This document shows, one piece after another, positions 17,462-26,750 of a stretch of 64,000 nucleotides of DNA. Positions within the stretch are counted from its first letter, which is position 1. Each line of letters starts with the position of its first letter. The position numbers and the translations under genes are program-made. Origin of the DNA: Caldisericia bacterium (GTDB lineage: Bacteria; Caldisericota; Caldisericia; JAAYUI01); NCBI GenBank assembly GCA_963674785.1, contig OY771555.1, positions 288,001 to 352,000 on the forward strand, read 5' to 3'. Under the pieces are notes generated by a model. It was not told where the DNA came from and did not search any database. It saw only the letters and a program-made list of their open reading frames with translations.

Positions 17462-18918
17462 TTGAGCACCTCCCACTCTCTGCCATTCCATCTCATATAA
17501 TGAATGCTCCTATCATTTTGAAAAAGAAGGTGCGGGTAATCATTTTTATCAAGCTGCATTTTGCATTCATCAACCTCAGTAAAACCCTCAATTGCAGAGC
17601 TTTCTGAATCAAACTTGTCAAAAACTTCACCTGTAACAGTTACCATTTTCTCCCCATCAAATTTGATAAACATAGGATTTACAATCTTTGTATCAAAATC
17701 AAAGTGTCTCCAGAAGAAATTTGGGTTATTATTTTTATCAAGCTTCAAAACGCTTCCCCAGCCTGAACTTGAATATAAAGCAACTACGGTAGGATTTTCG
17801 ATCGCTAGATATTCATTCTCGAAAGTTGATCCATCTCCGCATTTCCAATCTTTACCATCATGATGAAGATAAACCGTGTGCCATCCTTCAAAAGATTGAT
17901 CATAAAATGCAATGTGAGGATCACCTCTTGATGAAATGACCAATGAAGACTCCTCAGATATACTTGGGCTATTACTCACATTTGCATTTAACATATGTGG
18001 ATTGAATATCGATCCATCAGCAGTTACCCAATCTGTACCATTATGAGTTACATAGAGAATGTCCAACCTGTTTTCTGTATTTTGGTCTGTCCAAGAAATA
18101 TGAGGATTATCATCTTTATCTAAAACAAGAGAAATATCAAATGATTTCAATTCATTTTTTGTAAGGTTTGCTGGATTGAGAATTGTCATGTCGTCTGGGT
18201 TATAGATAGAACCATCTGCGCATACCCAGGTTTCACCATTCCATCTAACATAGTAAACATCTGTATCTGTACTAGAATACGGTCCAATATGTCCAACTTC
18301 CCAGGCTAGGTGTGGATAACCTTTTGAATCGAGCTCAAGTTTCACATTCCCTGCACTTTTATGGTTTCTGCTTATGTTTGCGGGGTTTGATGATTTGTCG
18401 TCCTCTCCGTTATATTTGCTGCCGTCTGCACACACCCAGTTTTTTCCATCCCATTTAATATAAACAATATTGAACCAATAGTTTTCATCATCGTTTCTGA
18501 GAAGTGTGTGCCAAACAACATGTGGGTTATCGCTATTATCAAGTCTAATTGAAGGTTTCTCATTCCTTTGGCTAATTTGTCTGCTTACATTTGCAGGATT
18601 TTCCCATCTTCTCCACTCATCAGATTTGAAAATTGAACCGTCATCACACACCCAGTTCTCGCCATCCCATTTCAAATAATAGATATATTGATCATACTCC
18701 CACACAACATGAGGATAACCTTTTGAATCAAGTACAAAATCAGGATCGTATGATCTTCCTGCGCTAATACATGAAAGTGATCTGTTTCCCTCAAGTGGGT
18801 AAAAGTTTTCGGGATATTTATCTTCAAGTTTTTCGCCGACATTTCGATTACATCCAACTAAAACACCAAATAAAATAAAACTTGCAATCAGAATTGACAA
18901 ACATTTCTTATTAAACAT
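17458..18918 (-). CDS. Lipoprotein with repeated LDxxGxPHxxW...YxxWxG blades, paralogue of 16052..17461
   Basis: AGGAGAG RBS before ATG 18918 (MFNKKCL...LVGC); repeats WDGENWVCDDGS, WDGKNWVCADGS, WNGETWVCADGS. Confidence 0.8.
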   Translation of the reverse strand: MFNKKCLSILIASFILFGVLVGCNRNVGEKLEDKYPENFYPLEGNRSLSCISAGRSYDPDFVLDSKGYPHVVWEYDQYIYYLKWDGENWVCDDGSIFKSDEWRRWENPANVSRQISQRNEKPSIRLDNSDNPHVVWHTLLRNDDENYWFNIVYIKWDGKNWVCADGSKYNGEDDKSSNPANISRNHKSAGNVKLELDSKGYPHLAWEVGHIGPYSSTDTDVYYVRWNGETWVCADGSIYNPDDMTILNPANLTKNELKSFDISLVLDKDDNPHISWTDQNTENRLDILYVTHNGTDWVTADGSIFNPHMLNANVSNSPSISEESSLVISSRGDPHIAFYDQSFEGWHTVYLHHDGKDWKCGDGSTFENEYLAIENPTVVALYSSSGWGSVLKLDKNNNPNFFWRHFDFDTKIVNPMFIKFDGEKMVTVTGEVFDKFDSESSAIEGFTEVDECKMQLDKNDYPHLLFQNDRSIHYMRWNGREWEVLK

Positions 18919-19025
18919 ACTCTCTCCTAAAAACCTAAATAGTGTACCCATAATATCACTCATTACTTATTATTCCAGTTTGTTAAATCTATTTCTTTTA
19001 AAAAATCTATAACATACCTTTGATG

Positions 19026-19053
19026 TTTACACAAACAATCTATTGAATATAAT
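19026..19053 (+). promoter_or_regulatory. Sigma70-type promoter of 19083..19691
   Basis: TTTACA-16-TATAAT upstream of an AAGGAG RBS. Confidence 0.55.
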
Positions 19054-19082
19054 CAAACCACACACCTTCAAGGAGAAAAGAC

Positions 19083-19691
19083 ATGGATTTTTGGCAAATT
19101 TTATCGGTTTATATACTCCCCTTTGTTTCAATTGCTGTTGGATTGGTGGCGATTTTTATCTCAATCCGATCTGCCAGAAATTCTGAAAAAACCCTTGAAG
19201 AGATAAAAACAAGTCTCGATAAGCGTGTTGCAAAATCGATTAAAAGCTATGAGGATGCAAACAAGTTTATCAGGGAGAGCGCATCAAAAGTACAAACTGA
19301 CCTCATCGACCTAATAAAGGATTCCAGACTTCCAAATGATCAGATCACGAGCCACACAAAAAACGATATTGACTTCATAATTGCAAACCTTGAATCATCC
19401 GATTTCAAGTTTCTCAGGGCTTGTGAAAAATTCCCGGGAAACACCCCAAGATTCATCCCGGGAAACCCAAAAACACCAGACCCAAAACCAAAGGCAGGAA
19501 AAAGATTTCTTGACTATATTGATTGCAAAGATGAAGATGAGATTGACGAACCAATCTCAAAACTCATCGGTTTTGAGCTGGTTGACTTTGCAACAAACCC
19601 AAAAAAACCGACCGAGAGAATCCTTAAATTCACTGAGAAGGGTCTTCAAGTAATTGAGGTTTTAAGAGAACGAAAACTTCTACCAGATTGA
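19083..19691 (+). CDS. Hypothetical protein: N-terminal TM helix, coiled coil, possible C-terminal winged helix
   Basis: Hydrophobic N-terminus; ISKLIGFELV...LKFTEKGLQVI resembles a winged-helix end; RBS present. Confidence 0.7.
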   Translation: MDFWQILSVYILPFVSIAVGLVAIFISIRSARNSEKTLEEIKTSLDKRVAKSIKSYEDANKFIRESASKVQTDLIDLIKDSRLPNDQITSHTKNDIDFIIANLESSDFKFLRACEKFPGNTPRFIPGNPKTPDPKPKAGKRFLDYIDCKDEDEIDEPISKLIGFELVDFATNPKKPTERILKFTEKGLQVIEVLRERKLLPD

Positions 19692-19701
19692 TTTTTAAGT
19701 T

Positions 19702-20067
19702 CTATTCTCTTTTCTCATTAATCCATCCATAGATTCCAGCCGTAATAAGGAGTCCCATACAGGCAGCACCAAGTATTCCTGCAAACCCAGATAAGAAAGG
19801 CGAAAAGTTAGGCACAAAAAAGAAATAGATGTACAGGGTATAAGCGATAAAACCAATCATCACATAGATTAACCCAGATACGAGCCCTTCAAGAAAACCT
19901 TTCACATCCTTTAGCCCATAAAGTGTTCCGCCAATGATGATTGGCGGCGACAGAGCCAACCAAACAATCACAAGATCAAAGGTAAACACAAACAACCAGG
20001 ATAAGCACAGGTGGACAAGGCTAATCACTAAGCCGTAAAGTAGGTGTCTTTTGTAATCAATTTTCAT
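19702..20067 (-). CDS. Membrane protein, one copy of the ~4-TM KIDF/Y unit
   Basis: GGAG RBS; overlaps the upstream gene; similar to both halves of the upstream paralogues. Confidence 0.75.
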   Translation of the reverse strand: MKIDYKRHLLYGLVISLVHLCLSWLFVFTFDLVIVWLALSPPIIIGGTLYGLKDVKGFLEGLVSGLIYVMIGFIAYTLYIYFFFVPNFSPFLSGFAGILGAACMGLLITAGIYGWINEKRE

Positions 20068-20878
20068 TTTTTAACTCCTCTTTTTCTGTTATTGAAAACT
20101 TCGATGTAACAGCAATATCTGCAAGTAACTCCGCATCTTCTATTCCTCTCATCTGGTTTGCCCAACCAATGAGACCTGCAAGCAACAAAAAAGTAACCAA
20201 ATACGTAATCATAATCTCAGTTATGAATCCCCATGGTGAATCAATGATAATTTTAGTTGATACATTATATGCATAGTGAAACAATCCCCCACCAACTAAA
20301 ACATACATCAAACCATGAAGCAATCCATTTAGAAATCCAAAAATATTCCTCATTGCTAAATAGGTTAATCCAATCAATATGACAGGTGCGAATGCAAGAA
20401 ATGTTATTCCTCTGTATGGCCACATTAGTTTTGAGCAAACAAACATCAACACCAAAAACAATGCTGTGATTAGAACTGCATATATGCTGTGCATAAAATT
20501 GACTTTGATTTTCAAATCATCTCTTGTTGCATCAGTTTTTTTGAGACTATTTGCCAAACCCATAATACATGAAAGAAGTACCAATCCAATAGCTAAGGCA
20601 TGGACATAATTCCAGAGATGATAATCAAAATAAATATAGCTCCACATAGGGCTTATTAGAAGAAAAAGAGTGTGAATAATGTAACCAGGAATGATGTAGA
20701 TCAATCCGTAAATAAATCCCTCTAGAAAACTATTCACATTTCTTAGAAGGATCACTGCAAATCCAAGCACATACATTGGGGTAATGAAGAAAACCCAAAA
20801 AGATGTACCAACTGAAAGAATAGCATGGAAAAGAGCAAGAATTATTGCATATCCAAGATGCCTAAAATCAATTTTCAT
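20057..20878 (-). CDS. Membrane protein, two copies of the ~4-TM unit
   Basis: Starts MKIDF; internal KIKVNFMH restart; shared RNxxGFLxGLxxGLxY motif. Confidence 0.8.
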   Translation of the reverse strand: MKIDFRHLGYAIILALFHAILSVGTSFWVFFITPMYVLGFAVILLRNVNSFLEGFIYGLIYIIPGYIIHTLFLLISPMWSYIYFDYHLWNYVHALAIGLVLLSCIMGLANSLKKTDATRDDLKIKVNFMHSIYAVLITALFLVLMFVCSKLMWPYRGITFLAFAPVILIGLTYLAMRNIFGFLNGLLHGLMYVLVGGGLFHYAYNVSTKIIIDSPWGFITEIMITYLVTFLLLAGLIGWANQMRGIEDAELLADIAVTSKFSITEKEELKNEN

Positions 20879-21701
20879 TTATATCTTCCCTTTCCTTTGT
20901 CACAATTTCTTCTGATACGCTTGCTTTAGACAAAAACTCAAAAAAATCGACTTCTTTTTCAAGCGAGTTTATCCATCCAATGATACCTGTAAGCAAAACT
21001 AGACCTATCGTAGCGATCATTACAAACTTTGGATCAATATAAAATGGAAGGTCATTTATTGATTTGAAGAAGTATTCATAAGAAAAATAGAACACTGCAT
21101 TTGTGATGACGTAGAAAATCAATCCATTCAGGAGTCCGTTAATAAAACCTTTGGTATTTCTAAAAAAGTAATATATTCCACCAATAATGATTGTGGGAAT
21201 GGTAAATATCCACAATGCTCTACCATTACTATAATTAACAACAATAATAAAATACCAGCTAAGGAAGATTGTCACAACCGAGAGAACTAAAGCATAAAAA
21301 ACATGCATAAAATCAATCTTTATCTTATTTGTAATGTCATCATTTTTCCAAGAGTTAGAAATTCCAATGATTCCACCAATCAAAACCAAACTCAACACAC
21401 AAATCATAAACCAACCGATAAAACCAACATCAAGATACCCAAAAAACACCATTGAGAAAAAAAGATGAAAAAAAGATCCAAAAAAACCAACAATAGAAAA
21501 GATCAAACCCAATTGCAATCCAGAGCCAAATTCACTCGTGTTTCTCATTCCAAACATCATACCACCAAAGAAAATTAAAGGTGTCAGAATAAACCAAATC
21601 TCTATACCATTTCGGATATTTGTTAACAGCAAACTTATAGCTATATGAGCAATATTAATAAGTAGTGCCAAAACAAAACATTTCCCGAAATCAATTTTCA
21701 T
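20868..21701 (-). CDS. Membrane protein, two copies of the ~4-TM unit
   Basis: Starts MKIDF; internal KIKIDFMH; GGGGTG RBS. Confidence 0.8.
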   Translation of the reverse strand: MKIDFGKCFVLALLINIAHIAISLLLTNIRNGIEIWFILTPLIFFGGMMFGMRNTSEFGSGLQLGLIFSIVGFFGSFFHLFFSMVFFGYLDVGFIGWFMICVLSLVLIGGIIGISNSWKNDDITNKIKIDFMHVFYALVLSVVTIFLSWYFIIVVNYSNGRALWIFTIPTIIIGGIYYFFRNTKGFINGLLNGLIFYVITNAVFYFSYEYFFKSINDLPFYIDPKFVMIATIGLVLLTGIIGWINSLEKEVDFFEFLSKASVSEEIVTKEREDINEN

Positions 21702-21792
21702 AAATCTTCACCCCCTTTGTTTCTCAAAGATTATATTAAAACAAATCAATATAACAACTATCTTGACTGATGATAAATGGCATAGATACTCC

Positions 21793-23352
21793 ATGTTTGT
21801 GATAAAAAAGGCAAATGAGACCATCTTTCGAGAAGTTGACACAGGCGTTAAATCCGCAGCATGGAACATGGCTTGTGATGATTTTTTGTTGAACAATCAC
21901 AGCCCAGAAAAGCAGCCTATAATGAGGTTTCTTTCTTTTGAAAGATGTGTCATGGTCGGATACTTCCAGTCTGTGAATCAGGAAGTAAGGACGGAATACT
22001 GTGAAGAAAAAGGGATTGTCATCAACCGCCGAATCACAGGTGGCGGAACAATATACTTTGACCCATCACAGGTTGGTTGGGAGATAGTTGCACCAATCTC
22101 GATGTTTGGCGGAAACCCAACTAAGCTTTATGAAATCTTTGGTCGCAGTGTTGCCAAAGGTCTTTCAACACTTGGAATAAATGCTGTTTTTAAACCGAGA
22201 AATGATATTGAAGTAAACGGAAGAAAAATAACTGGAATGGGTGGGATCACAGCTGGCGACTGTTTCCTTTTCCAGGGAACTTTGCTTGTAGCAGACCGAA
22301 TTGAAGAGATGCTCTATTCTCTCAAAGTCCCTGTTGAAAAACTCAAACCAAAAGAGATTGATTCTGTCCGTGAACGTGTCACCTGTATCGAACATGAGAT
22401 TGGAAGAATTCCAAGTAGAGAAGAACTCAAAGATGCCATGAAACTAGGATTTTCTGAGCTTTTGGGTATTCAAACTGAGCAGTCCGATTTGACAGTCGAA
22501 GAATCAAACGGTGTTGAAAAATCTCTGACATACTTCACATCAGACAAATGGATAAACAGAATCAACCTGAAAGAGGAATCGCAAGGGCTTTTGACCGGAA
22601 CATTCAGGAGCTCAGATTTTGGCACAATAAAGGTAACATCCCAGATAAACACAAAGCAAAAAATGATAAGGCAATCCCTCATCACAGGTGACTTTTTTGT
22701 AGAAAACCCGGGATTGCTTTTCGATATGGAGCGCTTGCTCAAAAACATCCATATTGATGAAGAGAAGGTCTTGGGGATTATTGATGATTTTCTGATTCAT
22801 CATCCAGACCTGCCAAGGGAAGACTTCAAAAACGCTTTCCGGGAGGTTTTCAAAAAACTAAGCTGGGTATCTGAGGGCTTCACCCCGGAGGAAGCAAACA
22901 ACATATATGCGGTTAATTTTGAGCCAAAAGAAAAAATAAAACCTAACTACTTCCTTTTTCCATACTGCGCAAAAGGTGCAAAGTGTGCATTCAGGTATGA
23001 AGATGATTGTTCACAGTGTTCAGCTTGTACTGTTGGTGATGGATACGAGATGGCAATTGATGCAGGACTAAAACCCGTCACGATCACGAGTTTTGAAGAC
23101 CTGATGGAAAAACTGGATGAACTGAAAGAAATGGGTGAGGAATCATACATCGGCAGTTGCTGTGAGCCTTTTTACATCAAGCATCAAGAGGAGTTTATCG
23201 ACTCTGAGATGAAAGGGCTTCTTATCAACGTGAAGGATTCCACCTGTTACGACCTTGGAAAAGCGCATGAGGCATATCTTGGTACTTTTGAGAATCAGAC
23301 TAATTTGGAGCTGCATTTGATAAAGAAGGTTATCAAGTGGGTGAAGAATTAA
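21793..23352 (+). CDS. lplA: Lipoate-protein ligase A family protein fused to a Cys-rich DUF116 domain
   Basis: NMACD, RRITGGGTIYFD, NDIEVNGRKITG, QGTLL motifs; C-terminal PYCAK...CSQCSAC...GSCC. Start uncertain (21763-21799). Confidence 0.85.
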   Translation: MFVIKKANETIFREVDTGVKSAAWNMACDDFLLNNHSPEKQPIMRFLSFERCVMVGYFQSVNQEVRTEYCEEKGIVINRRITGGGTIYFDPSQVGWEIVAPISMFGGNPTKLYEIFGRSVAKGLSTLGINAVFKPRNDIEVNGRKITGMGGITAGDCFLFQGTLLVADRIEEMLYSLKVPVEKLKPKEIDSVRERVTCIEHEIGRIPSREELKDAMKLGFSELLGIQTEQSDLTVEESNGVEKSLTYFTSDKWINRINLKEESQGLLTGTFRSSDFGTIKVTSQINTKQKMIRQSLITGDFFVENPGLLFDMERLLKNIHIDEEKVLGIIDDFLIHHPDLPREDFKNAFREVFKKLSWVSEGFTPEEANNIYAVNFEPKEKIKPNYFLFPYCAKGAKCAFRYEDDCSQCSACTVGDGYEMAIDAGLKPVTITSFEDLMEKLDELKEMGEESYIGSCCEPFYIKHQEEFIDSEMKGLLINVKDSTCYDLGKAHEAYLGTFENQTNLELHLIKKVIKWVKN

Positions 23353-23421
23353 CAACATAGATTATTGGGCAGCCCATAAAGATATAACAGCTTTTTCTAG
23401 CATTGACCAGCGTTTCCCCCC

Positions 23422-23710
23422 GTCATTCCGCACAGTTGCTGAGCCTGTCGAAGCATGATGAGGAATCTAGGATTAGGAAATACTCGGAAAACATTGACTA
23501 TAAATTCTTAGCATCGGTCAAAACATCCCACCAAACAAAACAGATACGCTATTTTTCACCCTAGATTCCCGGTCAAGTCGGGGATGAGATACTCCCGACC
23601 CCGCATCAAGTGCGGGGTGACGAGGGAGCAAAGAAAGATACAAAAAACTCCTGGATCCCAGGTCAAGCCTGGGATGAGATTCTTTCGTCCCGTATCGAGT
23701 ACGGGATGAC
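23422..23710. repeat. Cluster of five family-A REP hairpins (one forward, interrupted by a family-D element; four reverse)
   Basis: Copies at 23422-23470, 23561-23587, 23597-23621, 23651-23677, 23688-23710; approximate consensus GTCAYYCCRGVCTYGAYYBGGRATCYAG with covarying stems. Confidence 0.85.
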
Positions 23711-23785
23711 GGGTGGGTAAAATTGGGGACTATCTCAATTTCAATCAAGATTCTTTTTTAGACATTGTTTATTATAATATGAGTC

Positions 23786-24646
23786 ATGAAAAACATTGAT
23801 CGTGTCGGTCGAGTGGTTGAATACATTGAAGAAAACCTGAATAGGTTGGTTTCACTTGAGGAAATCTCAAAAAACTCAGGCATGTCAGAATTCTATCTGA
23901 TCAGGGCTTTTGGAGGGATTCTTGGTGAACCAATTATGGAATATGTCAGAAAAAGAAGGCTCACTGAGGCTTCAAGGGAACTCATAAACTCAGATAAACC
24001 CATTATCGACATCAGCCTCGACTGGGGATATGATTCTCAAGAAGCGTTCACAAGGGCATTTAAAAAAGTATTCAAAACAACACCCGCAAAATACAGAAAA
24101 AATGGGCATGTTCTTGGGCCATTTGAGAGACACAAATTGAACTTCACGACAATAATAACAAACAGGAGGATCTTGATGAAAGAACCAAAATTAGTAGAAA
24201 AAAAGGGCTTTACAGTTGTTGGACTTCTGTATCACGGAAAGAATGAAAACCAGGAGATCTCAACCATGTGGGGAGAGTACAATAAAAGATTTGATGAGAT
24301 TCCAAACAAGGTCGGGGATCCGTGTTATGGTGTTTGTTTTGCTCCACTCCAGGACAAGGAAGACAAGGATTATGGAGCATTTGACTACATTGCATCACAC
24401 GAGGTTTCAAAAGTAGAGAATTTACCAGAAGGCATGACAAGCAAAGAAGTCCCTGCAGGGAAATGGCTTGTTTTTGAACACAAGGGAAAACTTGATACAC
24501 TTGAGAACACCTACAAATACATATACAGCCAATATTTCCCAAACAGCGAATATGAAGCTGCTGAGATGGATATGGAGTTATATGATGACAGGTTCATAAT
24601 GGACTCAGATGAATCGGTCTTTGAGATTTGGGTGATGGTGAAGTGA
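23786..24646 (+). CDS. AraC family regulator with GyrI-like effector domain
   Basis: YIEENL...RKRRLTEA...GYDSQEAFTRAFKK...TPAKYR; C-terminal GyrI-like FEHKG...YKYIY...ELYD. Confidence 0.92.
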   Translation: MKNIDRVGRVVEYIEENLNRLVSLEEISKNSGMSEFYLIRAFGGILGEPIMEYVRKRRLTEASRELINSDKPIIDISLDWGYDSQEAFTRAFKKVFKTTPAKYRKNGHVLGPFERHKLNFTTIITNRRILMKEPKLVEKKGFTVVGLLYHGKNENQEISTMWGEYNKRFDEIPNKVGDPCYGVCFAPLQDKEDKDYGAFDYIASHEVSKVENLPEGMTSKEVPAGKWLVFEHKGKLDTLENTYKYIYSQYFPNSEYEAAEMDMELYDDRFIMDSDESVFEIWVMVK

Positions 24647-24650
24647 GATA

Positions 24651-24770
24651 ACTCAGGCTTGACCAGGGATCCAGCATTTAAGGCATCAAGAATGCTTGAA
24701 TAGAAAATGACTAAACCAATCCTAGATTCACAGTCACACTTTGACTAACTCAGTGACCACCTGGAATGGA
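24651..24770. repeat. Degenerate inverted pair of family-A REPs; the reverse copy carries a nested family-D element
   Basis: actcaggcttgaccagggatccag (24651-24674) and ctagattcacagtca[cactttgactaactcagtgacca]cctggaatg (24722-24768). Confidence 0.7.
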
Positions 24771-24849
24771 GGAATAGGAGAGTGATCTGAGGTTTTTTAT
24801 TGAAAACAATTCATTTGTGAAAAGATGACTTTTCTACTATTATATTTAC

Positions 24850-25665
24850 ATGGAAAGTGCCGGTTACAAAAAGCTCAAAGTTGCCCTATGTGTGCCCACA
24901 ATAACATCGGACACCTCAAAAAATCTTGAAGCCTTAGAGCGACAAGTCATTGAGTCCTCAAAAAATGGTGTTGATCTAGTGGTGTTTGCAGAAACTGTGA
25001 TAACTGGACTCGCAAATAATGATGATCCCGAACATGATATTGAGTTCGTTCAAGAAATTCCTGGAGAATACACAAACAAACTGGGGATGCTTGCAAAAAG
25101 ATTTGGGATACACATAGCATTTGGAATGCTTGAAGATGATAATGGAAAATTCTATGACAGTGCAGTCCTATTAAAGCCTGACGGAAAGATTGGATTAAAG
25201 TATCGCCGAGTATCACCACACTGGCACACAAGAAATGCTGATCCAAACATCTACTGCGAAGGTGACAGTTTTCCAAAACTAGAAACCCCATTTGGTTCAT
25301 TCGGATTCTTGATTTGTGGAGATATGTTTGATGATAAAATATTAAAAGAGTCAAAAGAATCTAATCCCGACTGGCTTCTCTACCTTGTAGCTATAAGCTT
25401 CCCAGATGACATAAAACAAACCATCAAACAGGAGTGGGAAAGTATTGAATCCTTTGAGTATATGAAACAAATCAAAAAATCGAACACACCAACCTTGATG
25501 GTCAATTATTTAGCACATCAAAACCTCCCTGATGATGATTCGTATGGGGGAGCTTTTGTGTTCACCAAAAATGGTGATCTTGCTAAATCATTTCCTCTGC
25601 AAACTGATGGGATTCTATATGCAGAATTAACCCAGACTAATGACATGCAAATAAAGATTCTATGA
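24850..25665 (+). CDS. Carbon-nitrogen hydrolase (nitrilase superfamily)
   Basis: DLVVFAE, FYDSAVL, KYRR, GFLICGD motifs. Confidence 0.9.
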   Translation: MESAGYKKLKVALCVPTITSDTSKNLEALERQVIESSKNGVDLVVFAETVITGLANNDDPEHDIEFVQEIPGEYTNKLGMLAKRFGIHIAFGMLEDDNGKFYDSAVLLKPDGKIGLKYRRVSPHWHTRNADPNIYCEGDSFPKLETPFGSFGFLICGDMFDDKILKESKESNPDWLLYLVAISFPDDIKQTIKQEWESIESFEYMKQIKKSNTPTLMVNYLAHQNLPDDDSYGGAFVFTKNGDLAKSFPLQTDGILYAELTQTNDMQIKIL

Positions 25666-26660
25666 CCATGAGCACCATAGAACGACTCCAAAACTCAGAT
25701 GAGGCAGCAATTCGAGCAAAACTTCACAAAAAAGTTTTAGAATCAGAGGAAAGCATTTGTGAAAAACTATCTCATGATATGAAAAACTCTGACAGAGTAA
25801 AGACACTGTTGTCCATCGCCAATCACAAAGACCCAGGGGAAAATCCATATGAGAAGTTTTGTGGCATTCACTGGACTCTAGCCCTTCTTGCCGACCTTGA
25901 ATATCCGGCAGGAGACTCAGATATAAAACCATTCGTAGATATTGTACTGGATTACTGGTTGGATGAAAAAAGAATAAAAGAGCGCATTGTCCCAAAAGAA
26001 ACCCCAAAATACAAATCCTATCCAGGTGTGCCGATAATTGATGGCCGAGCAAGAAGGTGCGCTTCCCAACAAGGGAATGCCCTTTATTCAGCAGTCAAAC
26101 TTGGGTTTATTGATTACCGTTGTGAAAGGCTTGCCAAACTGCTGATAAGATGGCAATGGCCAGATGGTGGATGGAACTGTGACAGAAAAACCGCAGCAAC
26201 CAATTCATCATTTATGGAATCGCTAATTCCCATGCATGGGCTTTATCTATATGGTGTTGCCTCTGGCGACAAACAAGCAGTTAATCACTCATACAAAACC
26301 GCTGAGATTTTCCTCAAAAGAAATCTATTCATGAGGAAAGGAACAGATGAGATAATCAAACCGGAATTTGTGAAACTTCATTATCCTAATTATTGGCATT
26401 ATGACATATTGTTTGCTCTGAAAGTTTTCGCTGACATGGATTTGCTCTCCGATCCAAGATGCAAAACTGCACTTGATCAGCTTGAATCCAAAAGGCTTCC
26501 AGATGGTGGGTTTCCAGCTGAGGGCAAGTATTACAAACATGTGGATGAGCCAAAAAATGGTGGGTCACTTGCAAATTGGGGAGGAACATCCAAGAAGAAA
26601 ATGAATGAATTTGTGTCGGTTGACGCACTCTATGTTTTGAAAAAAGCTGGCAGAGTATAA
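25662..26660 (+). CDS. Prenyltransferase/squalene-cyclase-like alpha-barrel hypothetical protein
   Basis: QW-like motifs QWPDGGWNC and RLPDGGFP; YPNYWHYDILFAL. Confidence 0.65.
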   Translation: MTMSTIERLQNSDEAAIRAKLHKKVLESEESICEKLSHDMKNSDRVKTLLSIANHKDPGENPYEKFCGIHWTLALLADLEYPAGDSDIKPFVDIVLDYWLDEKRIKERIVPKETPKYKSYPGVPIIDGRARRCASQQGNALYSAVKLGFIDYRCERLAKLLIRWQWPDGGWNCDRKTAATNSSFMESLIPMHGLYLYGVASGDKQAVNHSYKTAEIFLKRNLFMRKGTDEIIKPEFVKLHYPNYWHYDILFALKVFADMDLLSDPRCKTALDQLESKRLPDGGFPAEGKYYKHVDEPKNGGSLANWGGTSKKKMNEFVSVDALYVLKKAGRV

Positions 26661-26678
26661 AATTCTCAATACTTTAAC

Positions 26679-26737
26679 TTGACATAGTATGTAATGTTTC
26701 TAATATGACCGTACAGTCATATGACCAATTAGTCGTA
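26679..26737 (+). promoter_or_regulatory. Promoter with tandem TetR-type operators
   Basis: TTGACA-16-TAATAT; palindromes tatgac-N6-gtcata (26704-26721) and tatgac-N6-gtcgta (26720-26737) overlap the -10/+1 region. Confidence 0.8.
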
Positions 26738-26750
26738 TTAGGAGAAATAG

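Noticed and set aside
23422-23710. Repeat cluster as a CRISPR array
   Set aside because: Repeats vary in sequence and orientation, spacing is irregular and no cas genes are present; fits REP hairpins.
23518-23748. 76-aa minus-strand ORF
   Set aside because: Its translation (RHPALDAGS, HPRLDLGS) is just the REP hairpins read through; no RBS.
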